Shown piece after piece: positions 50,301 to 63,420 of a stretch of DNA of 64,000 nt. The notes below the pieces were generated by a model that did not search any database, was not told where the DNA came from, and worked only from the letters and a program-made list of their open reading frames with translations. The stretch's first letter is position 1. Every line of letters begins with the position of its first letter. The position numbers and the translations under genes were made by a program. The stretch covers positions 249,674,001 to 249,738,000 of the forward strand of contig OZ024741.1 in the NCBI GenBank assembly GCA_964016885.1, read 5' to 3'. Origin of the DNA: Eledone cirrhosa (lineage: Eukaryota).

Positions 50301-53010
50301 AGGGGAGGTAATATCTAGCCATCCAAGGGGAGATAATTTCCAGCCGTCCAAGGGGAGATAATATCCAGCCGTCCAAGGAGACATATTTTCCAGCCGTCCA
50401 AGGAGAGGTAATTTCTAGCCGTCCAAGGGGAGATAAGTTCCAGCCTCCAAGGGGAGATAATTTCCAGCCAGCCAAGGGGAGATAATTTGTAAAAAAATCA
50501 GGGGGGAGATAATTTGTAAAAAAAATCAGGGGGAGATAATTTGAAAAAAAAATCAGGGGGAGATAATTTGTAAAAAATATCAAGGGGAGATAATTTCCAG
50601 CCCTCCAAGGGGCTATAATTTCCAGCCGTGCAAGGGGAGATAATTTCCAGCCGTCCAAGGGGAGATAATTTCCATCCTTCCAAGGGGAGATAATTTCCAG
50701 CCGTCCAAGGGGAGATAATTTCCCGCCAGCCAAGGGAAGATAATTTTTTTAAAAATCAGGCGGAGATTGTAAAAAAATCAGGGGGAGATAATTTGTAAAA
50801 AAATCAGGGGGAGATAATTTGTAAAAAAAAATCAGGGGTAGATAATTTGTAAAAAAAAATCAGGGGGAGATAATTTGTAAAAAAAAAATCAAGGGGAGAT
50901 AATTTCCAGCCGTCCAAGGGGAGATAATTTTCAGCCGTCCAAGGAGAGGTAATTTCTAGCCGTCCAAGGGGAGATAATTTCCAGCCAGCCAAGGGGAGAT
51001 AATTTGTAAAAAAATCAGGGGTAGATAATTTGTAAAAAAAAATCAGGGGGAGATAATTTGTAAAAAAAATCAGGGGGAGATAATTTGTAAAAAAAATCAG
51101 GGGTAGATAATTTCCAGCCGTCCAAGGGGAGATAATTTCCATCCTTCCAAGGGGAGATAATTTCCAGCCGTCCAAGGGGAGATAATTTCCCGCCAGCCAA
51201 GGAGAGATAACATTTAAAAAAATCAGGCGGAGATAATTTGTAAAAAAAATCAGGGGGAGATAATTTGTAAAAAAATCAGGGGGAGATAATTTGTAAAAAA
51301 AATCAGGGGTAGATAATTTCCAGCCGTCCAAGGGGAGATAATTTCCATCCTTCCAAGGGGAGATAATTTCCAGCCGTCCAAGGGGAGATAATTTCCCGCC
51401 AGCCAAGGAGAGATAATATTTAAAAAAATCAGGCGGAGATAATTTGTAAAAAAAATCAGGGGGAGATAATTTGTAAAAAAATCAGGGGGAGATAATTTGT
51501 AAAAAAAAATCAGGGGAGATAATTTGTAAAAAAAATCAGGGGGAGATAATTTGTAAAAAAAAATCAGGGGTAGATAATTTGTAAAAAAAAATCAGGGGGA
51601 GATAATTTGTAAAAAAAAAATCAGGGGGAGATAATTTGTAAAAAAATCAAGGGGAGATAATTTCCAGCCGTCCAAAGGGAGATAATTTTCAGCCGTCCAA
51701 GGAGGTAATTTCTAGCCGTCCAAGGGGAGATAATTTCCAGCCGTCCAAGGGGAGATAATTTTTTTTAAAAAATCAGGCGGAGATAATTTGTAAACAAAAA
51801 TCAGGGGGAGATAATTTGTAAAAAAAAATCAGGGGGAGATAATTTGTAAAAAAAAATCAGGGGGAGATAATTTGTAAAAAAAATCAAGGGGAGATAATTT
51901 CCAGCCGTCCAAGGGGAGGTAATATCTAGCCATCCAAGGGGAGATAATTTCCAGCCGTCCAAGGGGAGATAATTTCCAGCCGTCCAAGGGGAGATAATAT
52001 CCAGCCGTCCAAGGAGACATATTTTCCAGCCGTCCAAGGAGACGTAATTTCTAGCCGTCCAAGGGGAGATAAGTTCCAGCCTCCAAGGGGAGATAATTTC
52101 CAGCCAGCCAAGGGGAGATAATTTGTAAAAAAATTAGGGGGAGATAATTTGTAAAAAAAAATTAGGGGGAGATAATTTGTAAAAAAAAATCAGGGGGAGA
52201 TAATTTGTAAAAAAAAATCAGGGGGAGATAATTTGTAAAAAAAATCAAGGGGAGATAATTTCCAGCCGTCCAAGGGGAGATAATTTTCAGCCGTCCAAGG
52301 AGAGGTAAATTCTAGCCGTCCAAGGAGATATAATTTCCAGCCGTCCAAGGGGAGATAATTTCCAGCCGTCCAAGGGGAGATAATTTTTAAAAAAAAATCA
52401 GGCGGAGATAATTTGTAAACAAAAATCAGGGGGAGATAATTTTTTAAAAAAAATCAGGGGGAGATAATTTGTAAAAAAAAATCAGGGGGAGATAATTTGT
52501 AAAAAAAATCAAGGGGAGATAATTTCCAGCCGTCCAAGGGGAGGTAATATCTAGCCATCCAAGGGGAGATAATTTCCAGCCGTCCAAGGGGAGATAATAT
52601 CCAGCCGTCCAAGGAGACATATTTTCCAGCCGTCCAAGGAGAGGTAATTTCTAGCCGTCCAAGGGGAGATAAGTTCCAGCCTCCAAGGGGAGATAATTTC
52701 CAGCCAGCCAAGGGGAGATAATTTGTAAAAAAATCAGGGGGGAGATAATTTGTAAAAAAAATCAGGGGGAGATAATTTGAAAAAAAAATCAGGGGGAGAT
52801 AATTTGTAAAAAATATCAAGGGGAGATAATTTCCAGCCCTCCAAGGGGCTATAATTTCCAGCCGTGCAAGGGGAGATAATTTCCAGCCGTCCAAGGGGAG
52901 ATAATTTCCATCCTTCCAAGGGGAGATAATTTCCAGCCGTCCAAGGGGAGATAATTTCCCGCCAGCCAAGGGAAGATAATTTTTTTAAAAATCAGGCGGA
53001 GATTGTAAAA
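47330..53010 (+). repeat. ~2.2-kb unit in about 2.5 tandem copies (boundaries approximate)
   Basis: W markers at 48401, 50609 and 52845. Offsets of 2,208 and 2,236 bp (48596/50804, 49593/51801, 47357/49593). Confidence 0.87.
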
Positions 53011-56000
53011 AAATCAGGGGGAGATAATTTGTAAAAAAATCAGGGGGAGATAATTTGTAAAAAAAAAATCAGGGGGAGATAATTTGTAAAAAAAAATCAG
53101 GGGGAGATAATTTGTAAAAAAAATCAGGGGGAGATAATTTGTAAAAAAAATCAGGGGTAGATAATTTGTAAAAAAAATCAGGGGGAGATAATTTGTAAAA
53201 AAAATCAGGGGGAGATAATTTGTAAAAAAAATCAGGGGTAGATAATTTTCAGCCGTCCAAGGGGAGATAATTTCCATCCTTCCAAGGGGAGATAATTTCC
53301 AGCCGTCCAAGGGGAGATAATTTCCCGCCAGCCAAGGAGAGATAACATTTAAAAAAATCAGGCGGAGATAATTTGTAAAAAAATCAGGGGGAGATAATTT
53401 GTAAAAAAAATCAGGGGTAGATAATTTCCAGCCGTCCAAGGGGAGATAATTTCCATCCTTCCAAGGGGAGATAATTTCCAGCCGTCCAAGGGGAGATAAT
53501 TTCCCGCCAGCCAAGGAGAGATAATATTTAAAAAAATCAGGCGGAGATAATTTGTAAAAAAAATCAGGGGGAGATAATTTGTAAAAAAAAATCAGGGGGA
53601 GATAATTTGTAAAAAAAAATCAGGGGGAGATAATTTGTAAAAAAAATCAAGGGGAGATAATTTGTAAAAAAAAATCAGGGGTAGATAATTTGTAAAAAAA
53701 AATCAGGGGGAGATAATTTGTAAAAAAAAAATCAAGGGGAGATAATTTCCAGCCGTCTAAGGGGAGATAATTTTCAGCCGTCCAAGGAGAGGTAATTTCT
53801 AGCCGTCCAAGGGGAGATAATTTCCAGCCAGCCAAGGGGAGATAATTTGTAAAAAAATCAGGGGTAGATAATTTGTAAAAAAAAATCAGGGGGAGATAAT
53901 TTGTAAAAAAAATCAGGGGGAGATAATTTGTAAAAAAAATCAGGGGTAGATAATTTCCAGCCGTCCAAGGGGAGATAATTTCCATCCTTCCAAGGGGAGA
54001 TAATTTCCAGCCGTCCAAGGGGAGATAATTTCCCGCCAGCCAAGGAGAGATAACATTTAAAAAAATCAGGCGGAGATAATTTGTAAAAAAAATCAGGGGG
54101 AGATAATTTGTAAAAAAATCAGGGGGAGATAATTTGTAAAAAAAATCAGGGGTAGATAATTTCCAGCCGTCCAAGGGGAGATAATTTCCATCCTTCCAAG
54201 GGGAGATAATTTCCAGCCGTCCAAGGGGAGATAATTTCCCGCCAGCCAAGGAGAGATAATATTTAAAAAAATCAGGCGGAGATAATTTGTAAAAAAAATC
54301 AGGGGGAGATAATTTGTAAAAAAATCAGGGGGAGATAATTTGTAAAAAAAAATCAGGGGAGATAATTTGTAAAAAAAATCAGGGGGAGATAATTTGTAAA
54401 AAAAAATCAGGGGTAGATAATTTGTAAAAAAAAATCAGGGGGAGATAATTTGTAAAAAAAAAATCAGGGGGAGATAATTTGTAAAAAAATCAAGGGGAGA
54501 TAATTTCCAGCCGTCCAAAGGGAGATAATTTTCAGCCGTCCAAGGAGGTAATTTCTAGCCGTCCAAGGGGAGATAATTTCCAGCCGTCCAAGGGGAGATA
54601 ATTTTTTTAAAAAAATCAGGCGGAGATAATTTGTAAACAAAAATCAGGGGGAGATAATTTGTAAAAAAAAATCAGGGGGAGATAATTTGTAAAAAAAATC
54701 AGGGGGAGATAATTTGTAAAAAAAATCAAGGGGAGATAATTTCCAGCCGTCCAAGGGGAGGTAATATCTAGCCATCCAAGGGGAGATAATTTCCAGCCGT
54801 CCAAGGGGAGATAATTTCCAGCCGTCCAAGGGGAGATAATATCCAGCCGTCCAAGGAGACATATTTTCCAGCCGTCCAAGGAGAGGTAATTTCTAGCCGT
54901 CCAAGGGGAGATAAGTTCCAGCCTCCAAGGGGAGATAATTTCCAGCCAGCCAAGGGGAGATAATTTGTAAAAAAATCAGGGGGAGATAATTTGTAAAAAA
55001 AAAATCAGGGGGAGATAATTTGTAAAAAAATCAGGGGGAGATAATTTGTAAAAAAAAAATCAGGGGGAGATAATTTGTAAAAAAAATCAGGGGGAGATAA
55101 TTTGTAAAAAAAATCAGGGGTAGATAATTTGTAAAAAAAATCAGGGGGAGATAATTTGTAAAAAAAATCAGGGGGAGATAATTTGTAAAAAAAATCAGGG
55201 GTAGATAATTTTCAGCCCTCCAAGGGGAGATAATTTCCATCCTTCCAAGGGGAGATAATTTCCAGCCGTCCAAGGGGAGATAATTTCCCGCCAGCCAAGG
55301 AGAGATAACATTTAAAAAAATCAGGCGGAGATAATTTGTAAAAAAAATCAGGGGGAGATAATTTGTAAAAAAATCAGGGGGAGATAATTTGTAAAAAAAA
55401 ATCAGGGGTAGATAATTTCCAGCCGTCCAAGGGGAGATAATTTCCATCCTTCCAAGGGGAGATAATTTCCAGCCGTCCAAGGGGAGATAATTTCCCGCCA
55501 GCCAAGGAGAGATAATATTTAAAAAAATCAGGCGGAGATAATTTGTAAACAAAAATCAGGGGGAGATAATTTGTAAAAAAATCAGGGGGAGATAATTTGT
55601 AAAAAAAAATCAGGGGGAGATAATTTGTAAAAAAAATCAGGGGGAGATAATTTGTAAAAAAAAATCAGGGGTAGATAATTTGTAAAAAAAAATCAGGGGG
55701 AGATAATTTGTAAAAAAAAATCAGGGGGAGATAATTTGTAAAAAAATCAAGGGGAGATAATTTCCAGCCGTCCAAGGGGAGATAATTTTCAGCCGTCCAA
55801 GGAGAGGTAATTTCTAGCCGTCCAAGGGGAGATAATTTCCAGCCGTCCATTGGGAGATAATTTTTTTTAAAAAATCAGGCGGAGATAATTTGTAAACAAA
55901 AATCAGGGGGAGATAATTTGTAAAAAAAAATCAGGGGGAGATAATTTGTAAAAAAAAATCAGGGGGAGATAATTTGTAAAAAAAATCAAGGGGAGATAAT

Positions 56001-59000
56001 TTCCAGCCGTCCAAGGGGAGGTAATATCTAGCCATCCAAGGGGAGATAATTTCCAGCCGTCCAAGGGGAGATAATTTCCAGCCGTCCAAGGGGAGATAAT
56101 ATCCAGCCGTCCAAGGAGACATATTTTCCAGCCGTCCAAGGAGAGGTAATTTCTAGCCGTCCAAGGGGAGATAAGTTCCAGCCTCCAAGGGGAGATAATT
56201 TCCAGCCAGCCAAGGGGAGATAATTTGTAAAAAAATCAGGGGGAGATAATTTGTAAAAAAAAATCAGGGGGAGATAATTTGTAAAAAAATCAGGGGGAGA
56301 TAATTTGTAAAAAAAAATCAGGGGGAGATAATTTGTAAAAAAAATCAGGGGGAGATAATTTGTAAAAAAAATCAGGGGTAGATAATTTGTAAAAAAAATC
56401 AGGGGGAGATAATTTGTAAAAAAAATCAGGGGGAGATAATTTGTAAAAAAAATCAGGGGTAGATAATTTTCAGCCGTCCAAGGGGAGATAATTTCCATCC
56501 TTCCAAGGGGAGATAATTTCCAGCCGTCCAAGGGGAGATAATTTCCCGCCAGCCAAGGAGAGATAACATTTAAAAAAATCAGGCGGAGATAATTTGTAAA
56601 AAAAATCAGGGGGAGATAATTTGTAAAAAAATCAGGGGGAGATAATTTGTAAAAAAAATCAGGGGTAGATAATTTCCAGCCGTCCAAGGGGAGATAATTT
56701 CCATCCTTCCAAGGGGAGATAATTTCCAGCCGTCCAAGGGGATATAATTTCCAGCCGTCCAAGGGGAGATAATTTCCATCCTTCCAAGGGGAGATAATTT
56801 CCAGCCGTCCAAGGGGAGATAATTTCCCGCCAGCCAAGGAGAGATAATATTTAAAAAAATCAGGCGGAGATAATTTGTAAAAAAAATCAGGGGGAGATAA
56901 TTTGTAAAAAAAAATCAGGGGGAGATAATTTGTAAAAAAAAATCAGGGGGAGATAATTTGTAAAAAAAATCAAGGGGAGATAATTTGTAAAAAAAAATCA
57001 GGGGTAGATAATTTGTAAAAAAAAATCAGGGGGAGATAATTTGTAAAAAAAAAATCAGGGGGAGATAATTTGTAAAAAAATCAAGGGGAGATAATTTCCA
57101 GCCATCCAAGGGGAGATAATTTTCAGCCGTCCAAGGAGAGGTAATTTCTAGCCGTCCAAGGGGAGATAATTTCCAGCCAGCCAAGGGGAGATAATTTGTA
57201 AAAAAATCAGGGGTAGATAATTTGTAAAAAAAAATCAGGGGGAGATAATTTGTAAAAAAAATCAGGGGGAGATAATTTGTAAAAAAAATCAGGGGTAGAT
57301 AATTTCCAGCCGTCCAAGGGGAGATAATTTCCATCCTTCCAAGGGGAGATAATTTCCAGCCGTCCAAGGGGAGATAATTTCCCGCCAGCCAAGGAGAGAT
57401 AACATTTAAAAAAATCAGGCGGAGATAATTTGTAAAAAAAATCAGAGGGAGATAATTTGTAAAAAAATCAGGGGGAGATAATTTGTAAAAAAAATCAGGG
57501 GTAGATAATTTCCAGCCGTCCAAGGGGAGATAATTTCCATCCTTCCAAGGGGAGATAATTTCCAGCCGTCCAAGGGGAGATAATTTCCCGCCAGCCAAGG
57601 AGAGATAATATTTAAAAAAATCAGGCGGAGATAATTTGTAAAAAAAATCAGGGGGAGATAATTTGTAAAAAAATCAGGGGGAGATAATTTGTAAAAAAAA
57701 ATCAGGGGAGATAATTTGTAAAAAAAATCAGGGGGAGATAATTTGTAAAAAAAAATCAGGGGTAGATAATTTGTAAAAAAAAATCAGGGGGAGATAATTT
57801 GTAAAAAAAAAATCAGGGGGAGATAATTTGTAAAAAAATCAAGGGGAGATGATTTCCAGCCGTCCAAAGGGAGATAATTTTCAGCCGTCCAAGGAGGTAA
57901 TTTCTAGCCGTCCAAGGGGAGATAATTTCCAGCCGTCCAAGGGGAGATAATTTTTTTAAAAAAATCAGGCGGACATAATTTGTAAACAAAAATCAGGGGG
58001 AGATAATTTGTAAAAAAAAATCAGGGGGAGATAATTTGTAAAAAAAAATCAGGGGGAGATAATTTGTAAAAAAAATCAAGGGGAGATAATTTCCAGCCGT
58101 CCAAGGGGAGGTAATATCTAGCCATCCAAGGGGAGATAATTTCCAGCCGTCCAAGGGGAGATAATTTCCAGCCGTCCAAGGGGAGATAATATCCAGCCGT
58201 CCAAGGAGACATATTTTCCAGCCGTCCAAGGAGAGGTAATTTCTAGCCGTCCAAGGGGAGATAAGTTCCAGCCTCCAAGGGGAGATAATTTCCAGCCAGC
58301 CAAGGGGAGATAATTTGTAAAAAAATCAGGGGGAGATAATTTGTAAAATAAAAATCAGGGGGAGATAATTTGTAAAAAAATCAGGGGGAGATAATTTGTA
58401 AAAAAAAAATCAGGGGGAGATAATTTGTAAAAAAAATCAGGGGGAGATAATTTGTAAAAAAAATCAGGGGTAGATAATTTGTAAAAAAAATCAGGGGGAG
58501 ATAATTTGTAAAAAAAATCAGGGGGAGATAATTTGTAAAAAAAATCAGGGGTAGATAATTTTCAGCCCTCCAAGGGGAGATAATTTCCATCCTTCCAAGG
58601 GGAGATAATTTCCAGCCGTCCAAGGGGAGATAATTTCCCGCCAGCCAAGGAGAGATAACATTTAAAAAAATCAGGCGGAGATAATTTGTAAAAAAAATCA
58701 GGGGGAGATAATTTGTAAAAAAATCAGGGGGAGATAATTTGTAAAAAAAATCAGGGGTAGATAATTTCCAGCCGTCCAAGGGGAGATAATTTCCATCCTT
58801 CCAAGGGGAGATAATTTCCAGCCGTCCAAGGGGAGATAATTTCCCGCCAGCCAAGGAGAGATAATATTTAAAAAAATCAGGCGGAGATAATTTGTAAAAA
58901 AAATCAGGGGGAGATAATTTGTAAAAAAATCAGGGGGAGATAATTTGTAAAAAAAAATCAGGGGGAGATAATTTGTGAAAAAAATCAGGGGGAGATAATT

Positions 59001-62000
59001 TGTAAAAAAAAATCAGGGGTAGATAATTTGTAAAAAAAAATCAGGGGGAGATAATTTGTAAAAAAAAATCAGGGGGAGATAATTTGTAAAAAAATCAAGG
59101 GGAGATAATTTCCAGCCGTCCAAGGGGAGATAATTTTCAGCCGTCCAAGGAGAGGTAATTTCTAGCCGTCCAAGGGGAGATAATTTCCAGCCGTCCAAGG
59201 GGAGATAATTTTTTTAAAAAAATCAGGCGGAGATAATTTGTAAACAAAAATCAGGGGGAGATAATTTGTAAAAAAAAATCAGGGGGAGATAATTTGTAAA
59301 AAAAAATCAGGGGGAGATAATTTGTAAAAAAAATCAAGGGGAGATAATTTCCAGCCGTCCAAGGGGAGGTAATATCTAGCCATCCAAGGGGAGATAATTT
59401 CCAGCCGTCCAAGGGGAGATAATTTCCAGCCGTCCAAGGGGAGATAATATCCAGCCGTCCAAGGAGACATATTTTCCAGCCGTCCAAGGAGAGGTAATTT
59501 CTAGCCGTCCAAGGGGAGATAAGTTCCAGCCTCCAAGGGGAGATAATTTCCAGCCAGCCAAGGGGAGATAATTTGTAAAAAAATCAGGGGGAGATAATTT
59601 GTAAAAAAAAAATCAGGGGGAGATAATTTGTAAAAAAATCAGGGGGAGATAATTTGTAAAAAAAATCAGGGGGAGATAATTTGTAAAAAAAATCAGGGGG
59701 AGATAATTTGTAAAAAAAATCAGGGGGAGATAATTTGTAAAAAAAATCAGGGGGAGATAATTTGTAAAAAAAATCAGGGGTAGATAATTTTCAGCCGTCC
59801 AAGGGGAGATAATTTCCATCCTTCCAAGGGGAGATAATTTCCAGCCGTCCAAGGGGAGATAATTTCCCGCCAGCCAAGGAGAGATAACATTTAAAAAAAT
59901 CAGGCGGAGATAATTTGTAAAAAAAATCAGGGGGAGATAATTTGTAAAAAAATCAGGGGGAGATAATTTGTAAAAAAAATCAGGGGTAGATAATTTCCAG
60001 CCGTCCAAGGGGAGATAATTTCCATCCTTCCAAGGGGAGATAATTTCCAGCCGTCCAAGGGGAGATAATTTCCCGCCAGCCAAGGAGAGATAATATTTAA
60101 AAAAATCAGGCGGAGATAATTTGTAAAAAAAATCAGGGGGAGATAATTTGTAAAAAAATCAGGGGGAGATAATTTGTAAAAAAAAATCAGGGGGAGATAA
60201 TTTGTAAAAAAAATCAGGGGGAGATAATTTGTAAAAAAAAATCAGGGGTAGATAATTTGTAAAAAAAAATCAGGGGGAGATAATTTGTAAAAAAAAAATC
60301 AGAGGGAGATAATTTGTAAAAAAATCAAGGGGAGATAATTTCCAGCCGTCCAAGGGGAGATAATTTTCAGCCGTCCAAGGAGAGGTAATTTCTAGCCGTC
60401 CAAGGGGAGATAATTTCCAGCCGTCCAAGGGGAGATAATTTTTAAAAAAAATCAGGCGGAGATAATTTGTAAACAAAAATCAGGGGGAGATAATTTGTAA
60501 AAAAAAATCAGGGGGAGATAATTTGTAAAAAAAAATCAGGGGGAGATAATTTGTAAAAAAAATCAAGGGGAGATAATTTCCAGCCGTCCAAGGGGAGGTA
60601 ATATCTAGCCATCCAAGGGGAGATAATTTCCAGCCGTCCAAGGGGAGATAATTTCCAGCCGTCCAAGGGGAGATAATATCCAGCCGTCCAAGGAGACATA
60701 TTTTCCAGCCGTCCAAGGAGACGTAATTTCTAGCCGTCCAAGGGGAGATAAGTTCCAGCCTCCAAGGGGAGATAATTTCCAGCCAGCCAAGGGGAGATAA
60801 TTTGTAAAAAAATTAGGGGGAGATAATTTGTAAAAAAAAATTAGGGGGAGATAATTTGTAAAAAAAAATCAGGGGGAGATAATTTGTAAAAAAAAATCAG
60901 GGGGAGATAATTTGTAAAAAAAATCAAGGGGAGATAATTTCCAGCCGTCCAAGGGGAGATAATTTTCAGCCGTCCAAGGAGAGGTAAATTCTAGCCGTCC
61001 AAGGAGATATAATTTCCAGCCGTCCAAGGGGAGATAATTTCCAGCCGTCCAAGGGGAGATAATTTTTAAAAAAAAATCAGGCGGAGATAATTTGTAAACA
61101 AAAATCAGGGGGAGATAATTTTAAAAAAAAAATCAGGGGGAGATAATTTGTAAAAAAAAATCAGGGGGAGATAATTTGTAAAAAAAATCAAGGGGAGATA
61201 ATTTCCAGCCGTCCAAGGGGAGGTAATATCTAGCCATCCAAGGGGAGATAATTTCCAGCCGTCCAAGGGGAGATAATTTCCAGCCGTCCAAGGGGAGATA
61301 ATATCCAGCCGTCCAAGGAGACATATTTTCCAGCCGTCCAAGGAGAGGTAATTTCTAGCCGTCCAAGGGGAGATAAGTTCCAGCCTCCAAGGGGAGATAA
61401 TTTCCAGCCAGCCAAGGGGAGATAATTTGTAAAAAAATCAGGGGGAGATAATTTGTAAAAAAAAAATCAGGGGGAGATAATTTGTAAAAAAATCAGGGGG
61501 AGATAATTTGTAAAAAAAATCAGGGGGAGATAATTTGTAGAAAAAATCAGGGGTAGATAATTTGTAAAAAAAATCAGGGGTAGATAATTTCCAGCCGTCC
61601 AAGGGGAGATAATTTCCATCCTTCCAAGGGGAGATAATTTCCAGCCGTCCAAGGGGAGATAATTTCCCGCCAGCCAAGGAGAGATAATATTTAAAAAAAT
61701 CAGGCGGAGATAATTTGTAAAAAAAATCAGGGGGAGATAATTTGTAAAAAAATCAGGGGGAGATAATTTGTAAAAAAAAATCAGGGGGAGATAATTTGTA
61801 AAAAAAAATCAGGGGGAGATAATTTGTAAAAAAAAATCAGGGGTAGATAATTTGTAAAAAAAAATCAGGGTGAGATAATTTGTAAAAAAAATCAGGGGGA
61901 GATAATTTGTAAAAAAAATCAGGGGTAGATAATTTGTAAAAAAAATCAGGGGGAGATAATTTGTAAAAAAAATCAGGAGGAGATAATTTGTAAAAAAAAT

Positions 62001-63420
62001 CAGGGGTAGATAATTTTCAGCCGTCCAAGGGGAGATAATTTCCATCCTTCCAAGGGGAGATAATTTCCAGCCGTCCAAGGGGAGATAATTTCCCGCCAGC
62101 CAAGGAGAGATAACATTTAAAAAAATCAGGCGGAGATAATTTGTAAAAAAATCAGGGGGAGATAATTTGTAAAAAAAATCAGGGGTAGATAATTTCCAGC
62201 CGTCCAAGGGGAGATAATTTCCATCCTTCCAAGGGGAGATAATTTCCAGCCGTCCAAGGGGAGATAATTTCCCGCCAGCCAAGGAGAGATAATATTTAAA
62301 AAAATCAGGCGGAGATAATTTGTAAAAAAAATCAGGGGGAGATAATTTGTAAAAAAATCAGGGGGAGATAATTTGTAAAAAAAAATCAGGGGGAGATAAT
62401 TTGTAAAAAAAAATCAGGGGGAGATAATTTGTAAAAAAAAATCAGGGGTAGATAATTTGTAAAAAAAAATCAGGGTGAGATAATTTGTAAAAGAAAAATC
62501 AGGGGGAGATAATTTGTAAAAAAATCAAGGGGAGATAATTTCCAGCCGTCCAAGGGGAGATAATTTTCAGCCGTCCAAGGAGAGGTAATTTCTAGCCGTC
62601 CAAGGGGAGATAATTTCCAGCCGTCCAAGGGGAGATAATTTTTTTAAAAAAATCAGGCGGAGATAATTTGTAAACAAAAATCAGGGGGAGATAATTTGTA
62701 AAAAAAAATCAGGGGGAGATAATTTGTAAAAAAAAATCAGGGGGAGATAATTTGTAAAAAAAATCAAGGGGAGATAATTTGTCAAAAAAAATCAGGGGTA
62801 GATAATTTGTAAAAAAAAATCAGGGGGAGATAATTTGTAAAAAAAAAATCAGGGGGAGATAATTTGTAAAAAAATCAAGGGGAGATAATTTTCAGCCGTC
62901 CAAGGAGAGGTAATTTCTAGCCGTCCAAGGGGAGATAATTTCCAGCCAGCCAAGGGGAGATAATTTGTAAAAAAATCAGGGGTAGATAATTTGTAAAAAA
63001 AATTCAGGGGGAGATAATTTGTAAAAAAAATCAGGGGGAGATAATTTGTAAAAAAAATCAGGGGTAGATAATTTCCAGCCGTCCAAGGGGAGATAATTTC
63101 CATCCTTCCAAGGGGAGATAATTTCCAGCCGTCCAAGGGGAGATAATTTCCCGCCAGCCAAGGAGAGAAAACATTTAAAAAAATCAGGCGGAGATAATTT
63201 GTAAAAAAAATCAGGGGGAGATAATTTGTAAAAAAATCAGGGGGAGATAATTTGTAAAAAAAATCAGGGGTAGATAATTTCCAGCCGTCCAAGGGGAGAT
63301 AATTTCCATCCTTCCAAGGGGAGATAATTTCCAGCCGTCCAAGGGGAGATAATTTCCCGCCAGCCAAGGAGAGATAATATTTAAAAAAATCAGGCGGAGA
63401 TAATTTGTAAAAAAAATCAG
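51760..63420 (+). repeat. Second copy of ~11.7-kb block (offset 40,257-40,361 bp; boundaries approximate)
   Basis: Same cassette order and same private variants as 11.4-23.1 kb, and matching ORF-track order (12093/52454 through 22536/62849). Confidence 0.92.

Larger units (their letters stand above)
24360..51400 (+). repeat. ~14-kb near-tandem duplication (~24.4-38.2 kb copied at ~38.3-51.4 kb, with internal indels)
   Basis: Private variants: TTTATAAA 27089/40944, GAGATGATTTGT 27461/41316, GAGACAATTT 29772/44201, CCAACGGG 32233/46634 and CCCGCCAGGGG ~32693/47094. Confidence 0.9.
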
